Below, one piece after another: positions 40,116-62,136 of a stretch of 64,000 nucleotides of DNA. This DNA is from Amoebidium appalachense (taxonomy: Eukaryota; Protista; Ichthyosporea), in assembly GCA_963693365.1 (NCBI GenBank), contig CAVNZM010000013.1, positions 5,632,640 through 5,696,639 of the forward strand, written 5' to 3'. The notes beneath the pieces are model-generated. The model was given only the letters and a program-made list of their open reading frames with translations, had not been told where the DNA came from and did not search any database. Every line of letters starts with the position of its first letter. Positions within the stretch are counted from its first letter, which is position 1. Position numbers and translations under genes: made by a program.

Positions 40116-40679
40116 CGTATTGATGATGCCTTCTGTGTTGTAGTTGTGAAGTCGTTTGGTGCTCTTCAGCATGCACAACTCGAGATTCGAGATTCACAAT
40201 ATACGTATATCGGAAATGTGGCGTCCGGGATCCCATGGTTGAAGCTTTTGTATGTGGCCAGGAGCCAAAGGATATGCGTGGAAGTCAAAGGAAGAATGCC
40301 AGGGAAGCAGGCATGGAAGCACGTGAGGGGGGTAGCACCACTTTGCACCAGTGTGCTAGTTTGCCTGAGCCACACGTGGATGCACTGGCTCTCTATGTAT
40401 AGATCTAGAGTCTGCCAGCCGACGGCTGGGCACGGTGGACGCAGGGGGTCCTATTGCCATGCCAAAGTTTTATTGCAGACGTAATTACCGTAAACGTAGC
40501 CCTAGCGTTTTTTCAGTACCAGCAAAATAGCGAGAAGCCTTTAGATATAAAATGATATAGCATAATAAGATAAGTTCAATATTGTTTTGTTGACTGGGTA
40601 GCATTATCAATACATTAAGGCGTCATGACCCGTAACACTAACTTCCAACTAAGGTAGAAGCCTACTAATAGGAGATTCG

Positions 40680-40790
40680 GAACCGGAAAAACCCCCCATC
40701 CATTCCAATGAGATCTAGATGTGATCGATCTATTTTCTCATTGGATGGCTTCGTCAGCAAATCGACGCGCTGTGTCTGTTTACACTTAGC
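40680..40790. promoter_or_regulatory. Conserved block in the hydrolase-transporter spacer
   Basis: Aligns by eye to the reverse complement of ~61585-61690 (ctcattggatggcttcgtcagcaaatcgacgc vs ctcattggttggcttcgtcagccaatcaacgc). Confidence 0.5.
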
Positions 40791-41270
40791 AATAGACTGA
40801 GCACCCTCGCCATACTGTAACAGGAACACTCTAAAGTTTACTGTACTTACCATAGATTGACTTACGAATAGTATTAATATTATTTGTGTTAAAGCGCGTG
40901 TCTTGTGTGCACCTTTTGAGAAACATGTCGTTTTATAAGCCGGGCTATTCAAGGGCTCAGCTGTCCCACTTTTGTCAATCGAATACTCATTGGATGGCAC
41001 TCTCAGCCAGTCAGGACCGTTTCAGACTTTCAATTCGCGACTTTCGCGTACTTCCCCCGCAGAAACTCGCTTCAAGCATGTTGCTTACTCTATATTTAGC
41101 CCCCCACGTGCAAAAGTGCACGGTGCACTTGTGTGTGTGTTAGGAGATGTTTTTTTTAAAACGAAAAACCTGTTATTATTTGGTGAAATAATAAGAAAAG
41201 CCGCGAGTAAAGTTATGATACTTGTAGTGCTTTTCCAGAGCCATCCAGACTAAAAATGGCTCTCTGCAAC

Positions 41271-41313
41271 GTCCAATCATCTTCAAGCGTTTCTCATAGC
41301 GTAGGTATATAAA
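41271..41313 (+). promoter_or_regulatory. CCAAT + TATA core promoter of transporter copy 1
   Basis: gtCCAATcat ... ggTATATAAac upstream of ATG 41377; same arrangement retained upstream of copy 2 (~61081-61122, minus). Confidence 0.6.
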
Positions 41314-41376
41314 CATCCTGCTTTGGACACCAAGACATCAGTTCAGCAATTGCTTACAATCTTCACACACACCACA

Positions 41377-42774
41377 ATGATGTCTTCGTCTTACGACACC
41401 AAGGACACCAAGGACTTTAGCCAGGCGGCCGTCGAGGCCGCCTACAGCGAGGCCATATCCGAGCCCGAGCGCAAGCTGCCCATGTGGAAGCTGGTGGTGG
41501 CGGCGCTGCCGTGGGTGGGCATTCAGTGCATCTGGCAGACCGAGTTTGGCCTCATCACGCCCATCATGGAGAGCCTCGGCCTGTCCGCCTTCTGGGCCAC
41601 AAACATTTGGATCTTCGGCCCCATCACGGGCTTCCTCACCGCCCCCATTGTGGGCGCCTTCTCCGACAGTTGCCGCTCACGCTTTGGCCGCCGTCGCCCG
41701 TACCTTGTTGGTGGTCTGCTGGTCATGGTCCTTATTTCGATGCTCTTTGCTGGTGCCCGCGACATCTTTCCCTCGTCGGCCGTGCTTCCCATCTCGTTCA
41801 TCCTGGCCGTGCTCATTGACGTAACCATCAACATCATCCAGACACCCCTCCGCGCCCTTGTCTCCGACGTGGCGCCCAAGTCGCAGCAGGCCACAGGGCA
41901 GCTTCTGTCGTCGTTCTTCCAGGGGTGCGGGGGGCTGCTGGGCTACGGGCTGATGAAGGTCATGTACCACAGCGAGGACGACCTTCTGCAGCTGTTCGGC
42001 ACGGTCATGGCCATCAACGTGTTCTTCATCCTGCTCACGTGCTTCATCGTCAGGGAGACCGTCAACACCAGCGAGCAGGTGTCGTCCCTCAGTGAGCCGT
42101 TTGTGACGGTGTTCAAGGCCATCCGCCACATGGACCTGCGCTTGGGCGTGGTTGCGGCCGTGCAGTTCTTCTCGTGGGCCGCGCTGTTTGCCTGGTGGCC
42201 CACGGGGTCCACGTGGTTCGGCATCAATGTGTTTGGCGGCTGCAACGGGCCGCAGTGCTCGGCCGAGGGGCAGGCGCTGTTCAACGAGGCCATGGGCCAC
42301 TACTCCATGTCGGGCGTCTATGCCAACGTGCTGCAGATCGGCTACTCCATGGCCCTGGCCTCCCTCGTGACGTTTGGCGTGCTGCAGCGCACGCGGTTCA
42401 TCTACGCCGGGTCGCTTGCGGTGGGGGCGGTGATCATGCTGCTGTCCAAGTTCGGGCCGCAAACGCTGGGCATGGCGTATGCTGTGGCCATCCTCATCAG
42501 CGTGCCCATCTCGGCCATCAACGCCTTCCCGTTTGCCATTGTGGGCAAGTACAGCCAGGAGGACGGCGAGGGCCGGCTGGCCGTGGGCGTGCAGATGGGC
42601 ATCCTCAACCTGTTCATCTGCACGCCGCAGCTGATCGTGACCTTTGTCATTGCCGCCATGCGCTCGAGCCTGGGCGACGCCGGCCTGCCCTGGGCCCTGG
42701 TCATGGCCGGCGGCTGCTTTGCCGTGGCCGCTGCCGTGGCCCTGATGATCCGCGAGGTCGTGCCCAAGCACTGA
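41377..42774 (+). CDS. Intronless sucrose/H+ symporter-like MFS transporter (GPH: SUT/SUC/SLC45 family), copy 1, 465 aa
   Basis: About 12 hydrophobic segments; family signature WIFGPITGFLTAPIVGAFSDSCRSRFGRRRPY; QTPLRALVSD; QFFSWAA; GVQMGILNLFICTPQL. Confidence 0.92.
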   Translation: MMSSSYDTKDTKDFSQAAVEAAYSEAISEPERKLPMWKLVVAALPWVGIQCIWQTEFGLITPIMESLGLSAFWATNIWIFGPITGFLTAPIVGAFSDSCRSRFGRRRPYLVGGLLVMVLISMLFAGARDIFPSSAVLPISFILAVLIDVTINIIQTPLRALVSDVAPKSQQATGQLLSSFFQGCGGLLGYGLMKVMYHSEDDLLQLFGTVMAINVFFILLTCFIVRETVNTSEQVSSLSEPFVTVFKAIRHMDLRLGVVAAVQFFSWAALFAWWPTGSTWFGINVFGGCNGPQCSAEGQALFNEAMGHYSMSGVYANVLQIGYSMALASLVTFGVLQRTRFIYAGSLAVGAVIMLLSKFGPQTLGMAYAVAILISVPISAINAFPFAIVGKYSQEDGEGRLAVGVQMGILNLFICTPQLIVTFVIAAMRSSLGDAGLPWALVMAGGCFAVAAAVALMIREVVPKH

Positions 42775-43916
42775 AACGTTTGGGTGCAGTGCTCAGCGTA
42801 GATTTTAAACCGTTTGGTGTTAGATTAAGAGAAGTCTAGAAAACTTCTAAAGTGCAAAGAAACTTCTTTATTTCAACTCCATCAATTCATGGCCATCTGT
42901 GATGGCAACATAGTGGCATATCTAGCCTAGGTACCTACTAAAGTATTTATTAAAATTTAAGGGCAATCAAGTTTTCACGGCAAGTTTATTAAGATCGGCA
43001 AACTTTTATATCCTCAATCAAACCAATAAAGTAGAGTGAATACAGGTGGTGAATTATGAGTGGCTCTAGATCTTGGCTCCCCCGGATACCCCCCCCTCTC
43101 CCCCCTCTCCCCCCCCCCCCCCCCCCCCCCCCCATCCCCCAGCCTCCCCCCTAGCTAGGCCTCCCCATCCCCACTTCCCACATGCCCATCCCTATCTCCA
43201 TCTTCCTTCCTCCCTCCTCCTCTTCCCTTCCCCCCCCCCCTTCCCCCCCCTCCCCCCCCCCCCCCCCCCCCCCCCCCTCCGCCCCCACCCCCGCCAAAAA
43301 CAAAAAAGAAAAAAAAGAAAAAAAGAGAAAGAAAGAAAGAAAGAAAAAAAGAAAGAAAAGAAAAGGAGAAAACAAGTAAAGGAAAGGAGGGGGGGAGGGG
43401 GGAAAGAGGGCGGGGGGGGGGGGGGGGGGGGGGGGGGGGAGGGGGGGAGGGGGGGGGGGGAAGAGAAAAGGTGAGAGTGAGAGAGAGAGAGGGAGAGAGA
43501 GAAAGAGAGAGAGAGAGAGAGAAAGAAAGGGAGGGAGGGAGAGAGGGGGGAGGGAGGGAGGGGGAGAGAGAGAGAGAAAGAGAGAGAGAGAGAAAGAGGG
43601 AGAGAGAGAGAGAGAGAGACTCAGAGTGAGAGAGACAGAAGGGGAGAGAGAGAGAGAGGGCGAAAGAGAAGGGGGGGCGTGGGGGAGAGGAGAGAGTGAG
43701 AGAAAGGGAGAGAGGGAGAGAGAGAGAGAGAGAGACTCGAAGAGAGCCGAAAGAGGGAGATCTATAGATCTAGAGAGAGTGGGTAGTCACGTGGGTTAGG
43801 TGGGTGGGTACGTGTGTGGGTGGGTGGGTGGGTGGATGGGTGGGCCGGGTGGTGGAGTGGTGGGAGCTTGGACAGGGGGGAGGGAAGGGGGGAGGGGAAG
43901 GGGGGGGGGGGGGGGG

Positions 43917-43984
43917 TCTACCCCAGCCCTGTCAGCACGATAGGGCCTTACCTCAGATGTATGTGATTGGTGTGTCGGATGGGG

Positions 43985-44017
<33 letters not shown>

Positions 44018-44082
44018 CTACCCCAGCCCTGTCAGCACGATAGGCCTTTACCTCAGATGTATGTGATTGGTGTGTCGGATGG
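43917..44082. repeat. ~65-bp direct duplication separated by a poly-G tract
   Basis: ctaccccagccctgtcagcacgatagg..cctcagatgtatgtgattggtgtgtcggatgg occurs at ~43918 and ~44018. Confidence 0.85.
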
Positions 44083-45006
44083 CAGTGCAAGTAATACGGT
44101 GAAAAGGGAAATGGTAGTAACGGCGCCTATTCAATCTAGGCTATGCCACTTGCAAAAAACCCCCAAGAATACCAATGTCCACTTTCACATAATTCTGCCT
44201 TTTGTGTTTGCGGTTGCGCACCAACCTAAAACCAAAAATTATAATACATCTTAAACTATTTATTTATTTTACCAGTGATATTCCTGATATACAACTTATT
44301 TAGCCATGACCAGCATGGTTCTATCTAGCTTACGGCTGCTTCGACATACAACCTCCCTCCCCAAACAATAAATAATCTAATGAGATGAGGTAACATATTA
44401 ATCACTTTATCGGGCTCAGAATTCAGAAGCAAAAGCAATCAGCACACAAGAGCAGGGGGTATGGGGGAAAAAAAAAAACAAAAGAAAAAAAAAAAAAAAC
44501 GGGGGCAGTTCCTACACAATAACTTGGAACATCCCAAGTTAGGTGGCATAGGTCTCCACACACCCCATCTTGTACATCAAGGCCAAAAGCCCTATGCATT
44601 CCTACATACCACCAGCACATGCCGGATCACCATCGACGTCTAGCCCAATCAAAATCATTCAACCATTCTCTCTTCTGTGAGTACAGTCCTTCTTTTCCAA
44701 TCTTAACCCATCTTTAACGAATGCTCCCGAACTAGACTGCATGATGGCTCCGAAACACCAAAAAGAAAAAAATTCCGAAGGAGAAAGCAGAATGGAAAAA
44801 AAAAGAAACGAAGAAAACGTTCCCGGATCAGACATAGACTCTAGATTTTTGTGCGATTGAGCAATTAGGTCAGAAAAGGGGCCAGGAAACACAAACCCCA
44901 ATCTACACTTTAAAGAAAAGTAAAAGAATTTGATTAGCCCAACCAACGGGAGAAACCCTCCGCGTATCGTTATACCGTTACACAGAACCAGCGCTTGAGC
45001 ATGAGG

Positions 45007-45039
<33 letters not shown>

Positions 45040-45593
45040 TTACTCGGTTCTAATACAAAACTAAGTTTCATTCACAGTGTTAGAGACACTTAGAGATGGG
45101 TCACCTGCTTGATGTGCTATCGGTGGTGTCACTCCTGCAGATGGAACGCAGTTTGTTAGTGGGAGGTAATGGGGTAATTCATTCAGAGATAATGGGGTTT
45201 TTAATTAAGAGATAACGCGTTACAGTTATCAGAGAAAGAGATAATGGAGGTTTTAATTGAGAGATAATGGGATCATCATTTGGGTGATAATGGGGTTGTC
45301 GATCGAGAGAGATTGGGGTTATTAACAGAGAGAGATATAATGGGTTCGTTGATTGAGAGAGAGGTGGGTCGAGAGGTAATGGGGTGATTAATGATAGATA
45401 AGGGAGTTGGCATGACAAAGGCGAAAGAGAAAACGAGATCTGTGTGTGTGAGCTTGCACACGTGGGATATGTGCGTGCTTGCGTAGGTGGTTGGGTGAGT
45501 TCGTGTGTGCCTGTGCATGCGTGCAAGTGGGTGTTAACCTTGTGTGTGTGTGTGTGTGTGCGCGCACGGGGGGAGGGGGTGGGGGGAGGGGGT

Positions 45594-45627
<34 letters not shown>

Positions 45628-45667
45628 GAGGGTGAACAGTGCAGGAAGGCAAGATGTAAGGAATCCG

Positions 45668-55948
<10,281 letters not shown>

Positions 55949-56080
55949 GGCAGGCAGTTGGCCACCCAGCCAGAACCGCCGAGGGAAAGGGGGCGCAAAA
56001 GAAGATAGAATAGAGTTAAAAACTGGTAGCCGTAGCTTCACGCTAATGTAAATGCATGCTCCTGTTCTAGCATAAACAAC

Positions 56081-56158
56081 TGAAAGGTAAGTGGGTATTG
56101 AGGAGAGGAAAAAAATTGGAAAGGTAAGTGGGTATTGAGGAGAGGAAAAAAATTGGAA
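56081..56158. repeat. ~38-bp tandem duplication
   Basis: gaaaggtaagtgggtattgaggagaggaaaaaaattg occurs twice. Confidence 0.85.
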
Positions 56159-57791
56159 ATGGGAAAGATGTGGTTGGATCTGAGTGGGTGAGGCTGGTGA
56201 AGGGATGTCGTCATTCGTTTCCAGCTGTTTTTGTGCGTAAGTCTATGGTAGGTAAAGGTAACGTGCACTAAGCAGCTTAAAACTGCTCTGCGTGCGCGTT
56301 GCTTCGTTAGAAAACACTCTAGCTTCAAAGAAACAGATAGGTTGTGGTTTTTTAGATCTGATATGGGTCGGTATACGAAGTAGATGTGCACATGCTCCAT
56401 CAACGCATGCAAGATGTTAGTGTGCCCGTAAAAACAAGTGATAGAAAAACTTAAGCAATATGAAGATTTCATCCACTACACACACGGTTACTGCGCATAT
56501 ATAAACATCTAATAATAGCTTAGCTCATGAACATGGTTATATGGTTAGGGTTCTAGTGATCATAGTATGAAGAATTACTTATTGCCGATTGGGACTCGTG
56601 ACCTCAAACAGCATGCTGACGTCACCTCGATCCTAAAAGGTAAAATATCCGCTCGACTCTATTCGCTAATACAGCACCCGCAAGATCCTCCTCGGGTCCG
56701 CTAACGATTGGCTGTTCGTGCACCATCCGTGCTTTAGAACACGATGCTCCATAACTGGCATGGCGACGCAAACAATACCCGCGCGCATATTCGTACGTCT
56801 CACCAGCGTGCCTCTCTGGCACGTCCTGGCTGTGCCCTCCAGGCTATGTACGAATAAATCGACGCTGGCTGAGGGCAGGTGAGTCACGTGATCAGCCCCT
56901 CTCCGGGATCCACCGCGCCCCCTTGAAAAATAAGAGCTACCCCAGGAGGTAGCAGCGTGCCTCTCGACCCATAAATCATGTAGAACTTTTCTTAGCAAGC
57001 TTTCCACACCTTTGGCGCTATGTAGCTATGTGTAAACGAGAATAACGATCATTGTGGTTTTTTGGAGAAAAAAAAACTCGATGCCTGCAAAAAAACAGGT
57101 AAGTTAAAACCGTTGTGCCTATTCAGAAGCTTTTGTGTGTGCTTTTCCTCAGCTCGTTTCTTTATGAAAAGGTGGACGATGCGTGTGTGTGCGTGTGTGC
57201 GTGTGTGCGTGTGTGCGTGTGTGCGTGTGTGTGTGTGTGTATGTGCGCGCGCGCGCGTGTGTGTGTGTGTGTTCGTGTGTGTGTGTGTGCGCGCGCACGC
57301 GCGCACGCGCGTGTGTGTGCGCGTGTGTGTGTATGTGTGTTTGTTGGTGTCTGTGTACATACGTTCTTTTGACAATTTATGTGTGTGGGTGTGTGTGGGT
57401 GTGCGTGTGGGGGTGTGTGTGTGCGTGTGTGAGTGCGTGCGTGCGTGTGTGTGTGTGTGTGTGTTTGTGTGTGAAGGTTTATGTGTGTGGCCACATGGTC
57501 TCTCTCCCTCTCCTGCTGTGTGTGTGTACATGCATGTTTGTGTGCTGTTTGATCGTGTCTGTGTGTGGACACGGGGGTTTGTGTGTATACGCGCTTATTT
57601 GTGTGTGTCAGCTGTGCACCCGTACCTGCGGGTACGCGCGCACGTGTGTCTATGTGTTTGTATGCACGGATGTGTGATTTTTTTTTCTTTTTTCTTTTTT
57701 TTTTTTTTGAAGTATCGTTTTGTTCCCGGAGGGTCCCTCAGGGTCCCTCAAAGGAACTAACGTCTGCCACCCAGTGGCACCGACAATACTC

Positions 57792-57915
<124 letters not shown>

Positions 57916-58027
57916 ATGCGTCGGCGTCTATCTATGTGTTTGTATGCACGGATGTGACGGTGTGCCTGTGCGCGTGTGCGTGTTTTTTTTGTGTTGCACA
58001 TGTACGTCTGTGTGTGTGTTTGTATGA

Positions 58028-58095
<68 letters not shown>

Positions 58096-58098
58096 CAC

Positions 58099-58130
<32 letters not shown>

Positions 58131-58499
58131 ATGCACGCGTGCGCATGTGTGTGTGTGTGTGTTGTGTGGGTGGGTGGGTGTGCATGAGTGTGCGCGTGCG
58201 CACACGCGCACAGTACGTGAGGGCGTGCAGATGTGTGTGTTTTTGCGCTAATTAGTGTGCTTAAACGAGATTCAGTCTTTGTGATTGTGTATGTGCGGTT
58301 TATTGTGCCTGTTGCGAGTCTTTTGGAGGATGAAAGACAACTAACTCAGATGGAGGGAGGGGGGGGGGGGGGGGGGGGGTGGTACAACACATAATTATCC
58401 TTTAAAGGGAGGAGGGGTAGCGGGGGGGAGGGGTGGAATAGCCTGAGGGCACATAGCAAAACACGTATGCACTAACCCCAGTGTGTGTGTTTGTGTGTG

Positions 58500-58626
<127 letters not shown>

Positions 58627-58743
58627 CATTGTGTGTGTTTGTCTGTTTGTGTGTTTGTTTCTTTGTTTTTGTGTGAGTGGTAGTGTGTGTGGGTTTCCGT
58701 GTGGGTTTGTCTATGTGTGTTTGCCAACGGCGCGCGCGCGTGT

Positions 58744-58825
<82 letters not shown>

Positions 58826-59620
58826 TCCGGAGGGAAATGGGGGGGGAAGGGGGTGGAGGGGGGGACTGCAAGAGTAGAAATGGGTGGAGTTGAACGTTGG
58901 CAGATGTGTTGAGCACGCAACTACCCCCCGCCCCCCCCCTCCTCCCGCAAGGCAAGGGGGGGAGAGGGGGGAGGGGGGAGAAGAGAAAAGGAGAAAAAAG
59001 AAACTCGAAACGAAGAAAAGAAAAGGTGCAAGAAAAGAAAGAATCGTTTTTGGAGAATCGACTCGAACTAGATATTGCTCAGACTGTCGGCTCCTTATCC
59101 ACCCTTCCCCGTCACGGACTCCGACGGAAAAGTGGATATAACTTATACACGTGCACACACACATCCCCCCCCCCCTCCCCCCACTCCGTTTTTTTTTTTA
59201 GGTGGGGGAAGCGGAAGGGGGGGGAGGGGCACGGGGGGGAGGGGGGGGGGGGGGGGGGGAGGGTGTGTTTTGGGGGGGGATGGGTGGGGGGGGGGGGGGG
59301 GGAGGGAGGGCCGGGTGTCCCAGGTGCCTGTGCTGGTATACTCAAATCGAATGTCAAGATTGATTGTTCTATGTTTATTGGTTGGACCACTGAAGATAAC
59401 GATATGAGACATTGTCGCAGAAAACGCCAGGAGGTATTATAATTACCGTGTTATTCACCTTGGAGTTTCAAAAGGTCATCTACAGATGCCGATATGTAGC
59501 CATCACAGATGACCCTATACATTCTAAGAGTTGAAAAAAAAAAGTCACCTCTGCTGTTACTTTGACATCTCTCTATAAAACCCACTGGATAGAATCTACG
59601 TTGAGCACTGCACCTAACAT

Positions 59621-61018
59621 TTAGTGCTTGGGCACGACCTCGCGGATCATCAGGGCCACGGCAGCGGCCACGACAAAGCAGCCGCCGGCCATGACCAGGG
59701 CCCAGGGCAGGCCGGCGTCGCCCAGGCTCGAGCGCATAGCGGCAATGACAAAGGTCACGATCAGCTGCGGAGTGCAGATGAACAGGTTGAGGATGCCCAT
59801 CTGCACGCCCACGGCCAGCCGGCCCTCGCCGTCCTCCTGGCTGTACTTGCCCACAATGGCAAACGGGAAGGCGTTGATGGCCGAGATGGGCACGCTGATG
59901 AGGATGGCCACGGCATACGCCATGCCCAGCGTCTGCGGCCCGAACTTGGACAGCAGCATGATCACCGCCCCCACCGCAAGCGACCCGGCGTAGATAAACC
60001 GCGTGCGCTGCAGCACGCCAAACGTCACGAGGGAGGCCAGGGCCATGGAGTAGCCGATCTGCAACACGTTGGCATACACGCCCGACATGGAGTAGTGGCC
60101 CATGGCCTCGTTGAACAGCGCCTGCCCCTCGGCCGAGCACTGCGGCCCGTTGCAGCCGCCAAACACATTGATGCCGAACCACGTGGACCCCGTGGGCCAC
60201 CAGGCGAACAGCGCGGCCCACGAGAAGAACTGCACGGCTGCAACTACGCCCAGGCGCAGGTCCATGTGGCGGATAGCCTTGAACACCGTCACAAACGGCT
60301 CGCTGAGGGACGACACCTGCTCGCTGGTGTTGACGGCCTCCCTGACAATGAAGCACGTGAGCAGGATGAAGAACACGTTGATGGCCATGACCGTGCCGAA
60401 CAGCTGCAGAAGGTCGTCCTCGCTGTGGTACATGACCTTCATCAGCCCGTAGCCCAGCAGCCCCCCGCACCCCTGGAAGAACGACGACAGAAGCTGCCCC
60501 GTGGCCTGCTGCGAATTGGGCGCCACGTCGGAGACAAGGGCGCGGAGGGGTGTCTGGATGATGTTGATGGTTACGTCAATGAGCACGGCCAGGATGAACG
60601 AGATGGGAAGCACGGCCGCCGAGGGAAAGATGTTGCGTGCACCGGCAAAGAGCATCGAAATGAGGACCATGACCAGCAGACCGCCAACAAGGTACGGGCG
60701 GCGGCGGCCAAAGCGTGAGCGGCAACTGTCGGAGAAGGCGCCCACGATGGGGGCGGTGAGGAAGATCGTGATGGGGCCGAAGATCCAAATGTTTGTGGCC
60801 CAGAAGGCGGACAGGCCGAGGCTCTCCATGATGGGCGTGATGAGGCCAAACTCGGTCTGCCAGATGCACTGGATGCCCACCCACGGCAGCGCCGCCACCA
60901 CCAGCTTCCACATGGGCAGCTTGCGCTCGGGCTCGGATATGGCCTCGCTGTAGGCGGCCTCGACGGCCGCCTGGCTAAAGTCCTTGGAGTCCTTGGTGTC
61001 GTAAGACGAAGACATCAT
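59621..61018 (-). CDS. Sucrose transporter-like MFS protein, copy 2 (intact, 465 aa)
   Basis: Same length as 41377-42774 with few amino-acid changes (e.g. GPITGF to GPITIF, RDIF to RNIF, APKS to APNS). Confidence 0.92.
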   Translation of the reverse strand: MMSSSYDTKDSKDFSQAAVEAAYSEAISEPERKLPMWKLVVAALPWVGIQCIWQTEFGLITPIMESLGLSAFWATNIWIFGPITIFLTAPIVGAFSDSCRSRFGRRRPYLVGGLLVMVLISMLFAGARNIFPSAAVLPISFILAVLIDVTINIIQTPLRALVSDVAPNSQQATGQLLSSFFQGCGGLLGYGLMKVMYHSEDDLLQLFGTVMAINVFFILLTCFIVREAVNTSEQVSSLSEPFVTVFKAIRHMDLRLGVVAAVQFFSWAALFAWWPTGSTWFGINVFGGCNGPQCSAEGQALFNEAMGHYSMSGVYANVLQIGYSMALASLVTFGVLQRTRFIYAGSLAVGAVIMLLSKFGPQTLGMAYAVAILISVPISAINAFPFAIVGKYSQEDGEGRLAVGVQMGILNLFICTPQLIVTFVIAAMRSSLGDAGLPWALVMAGGCFVVAAAVALMIREVVPKH

Positions 61019-62136
61019 TGTTGTGTGTGTGAAGATTGTATGCAATTGCTGAACTGATGTCGTGGTGCTTCCGGCTAGTTGCTTATATACCTGTTGTACG
61101 AGAAATACTTTCAAATGATTGGCTGTTGCAAAAGCCATTGGCCATTGCTCAGTTTTAGTCTAGATCATTCTCGGTGCAGACGGATCAGTCCGCAGCTGGT
61201 CAGCAGATTTTGCAAGGGGATTTGTGAAAAGTAGAGTTTACGATAGGAATGTTTATGAATATATTTTTCTTTCAAAACCAAGCATGTGAATAAGCGTTAG
61301 CAAACTCTGAAGTCGCTGGTACCAAAAGGCCAAGTTAGCTCGCGGCTGCGGTTGAAACTATTGGCTTATTGTGCCATCCAATGAGGAAATGTATTGGCAC
61401 AGTGACTGGCTCATACATACTGTTACGTAGTTTGCTGACGCTTTCTAAATTCTGACAGTTTCTGTACTGCTGCTTGCAAAGACATAAAATTGCAAGCGAT
61501 TAGTTGTATTATATTATTTTTTTTAGGTAAGATATTAGGGCTGGACTTTGGCCTGTCAGCACCCGGTATTGTACTGTACGTACAGGTAAACAGACTCAGG
61601 GCGTTGATTGGCTGACGAAGCCAACCAATGAGGAAATAGTCTGATAACATCTAGACTTCAGTGGAAAAGCGTTGGGGTTTTTTTCCAGCTCCCGAATTTC
61701 CTTGTGCGTGCATGTCCACGTCAGTACACTCTTTAGGGTGTTGGCCATCTGCAAACCCTGGTTAGAGAGCTCAAATACGACTATCTAATATTATGATAAG
61801 GTTTTGATAAGAGAGGTCACAAAAGTAGCGTTGCTGAGATTGTTGCTAGCTTTCAATCTGTAATGTGACCGATGAAAATATTGTTTAGACCCCCCAGGGG
61901 CGACAGTGGTGCTAAGTTAGCTAACCCCGGCAGGCGGAAAGCTCAGTGGTGCATGTGAGCGTGGCTACCCGCTGACGTTCTTCCATGCAGTCCTGCTTCC
62001 ACGGCATTCTTAGGAGCGGAAATCCGTATATAAGCACCAGACACATGTAGACTCCTATCAGCCTATATTGATATAGGCCCAATATCAATAACACATAAAT
62101 AAGCACCAAACACAAACAACTTCACAGCATAAAAAG

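Noticed and set aside
41677-42771. 364-aa antisense ORF (and its twin 59624-60718; likewise 39600-40484)
   Set aside because: Shadow ORFs caused by high GC3 codon usage of the real genes on the opposite strand
45165-45400. Degenerate GAGATAATGGG repeats
   Set aside because: Irregular low-complexity minisatellite with no structure suggesting function
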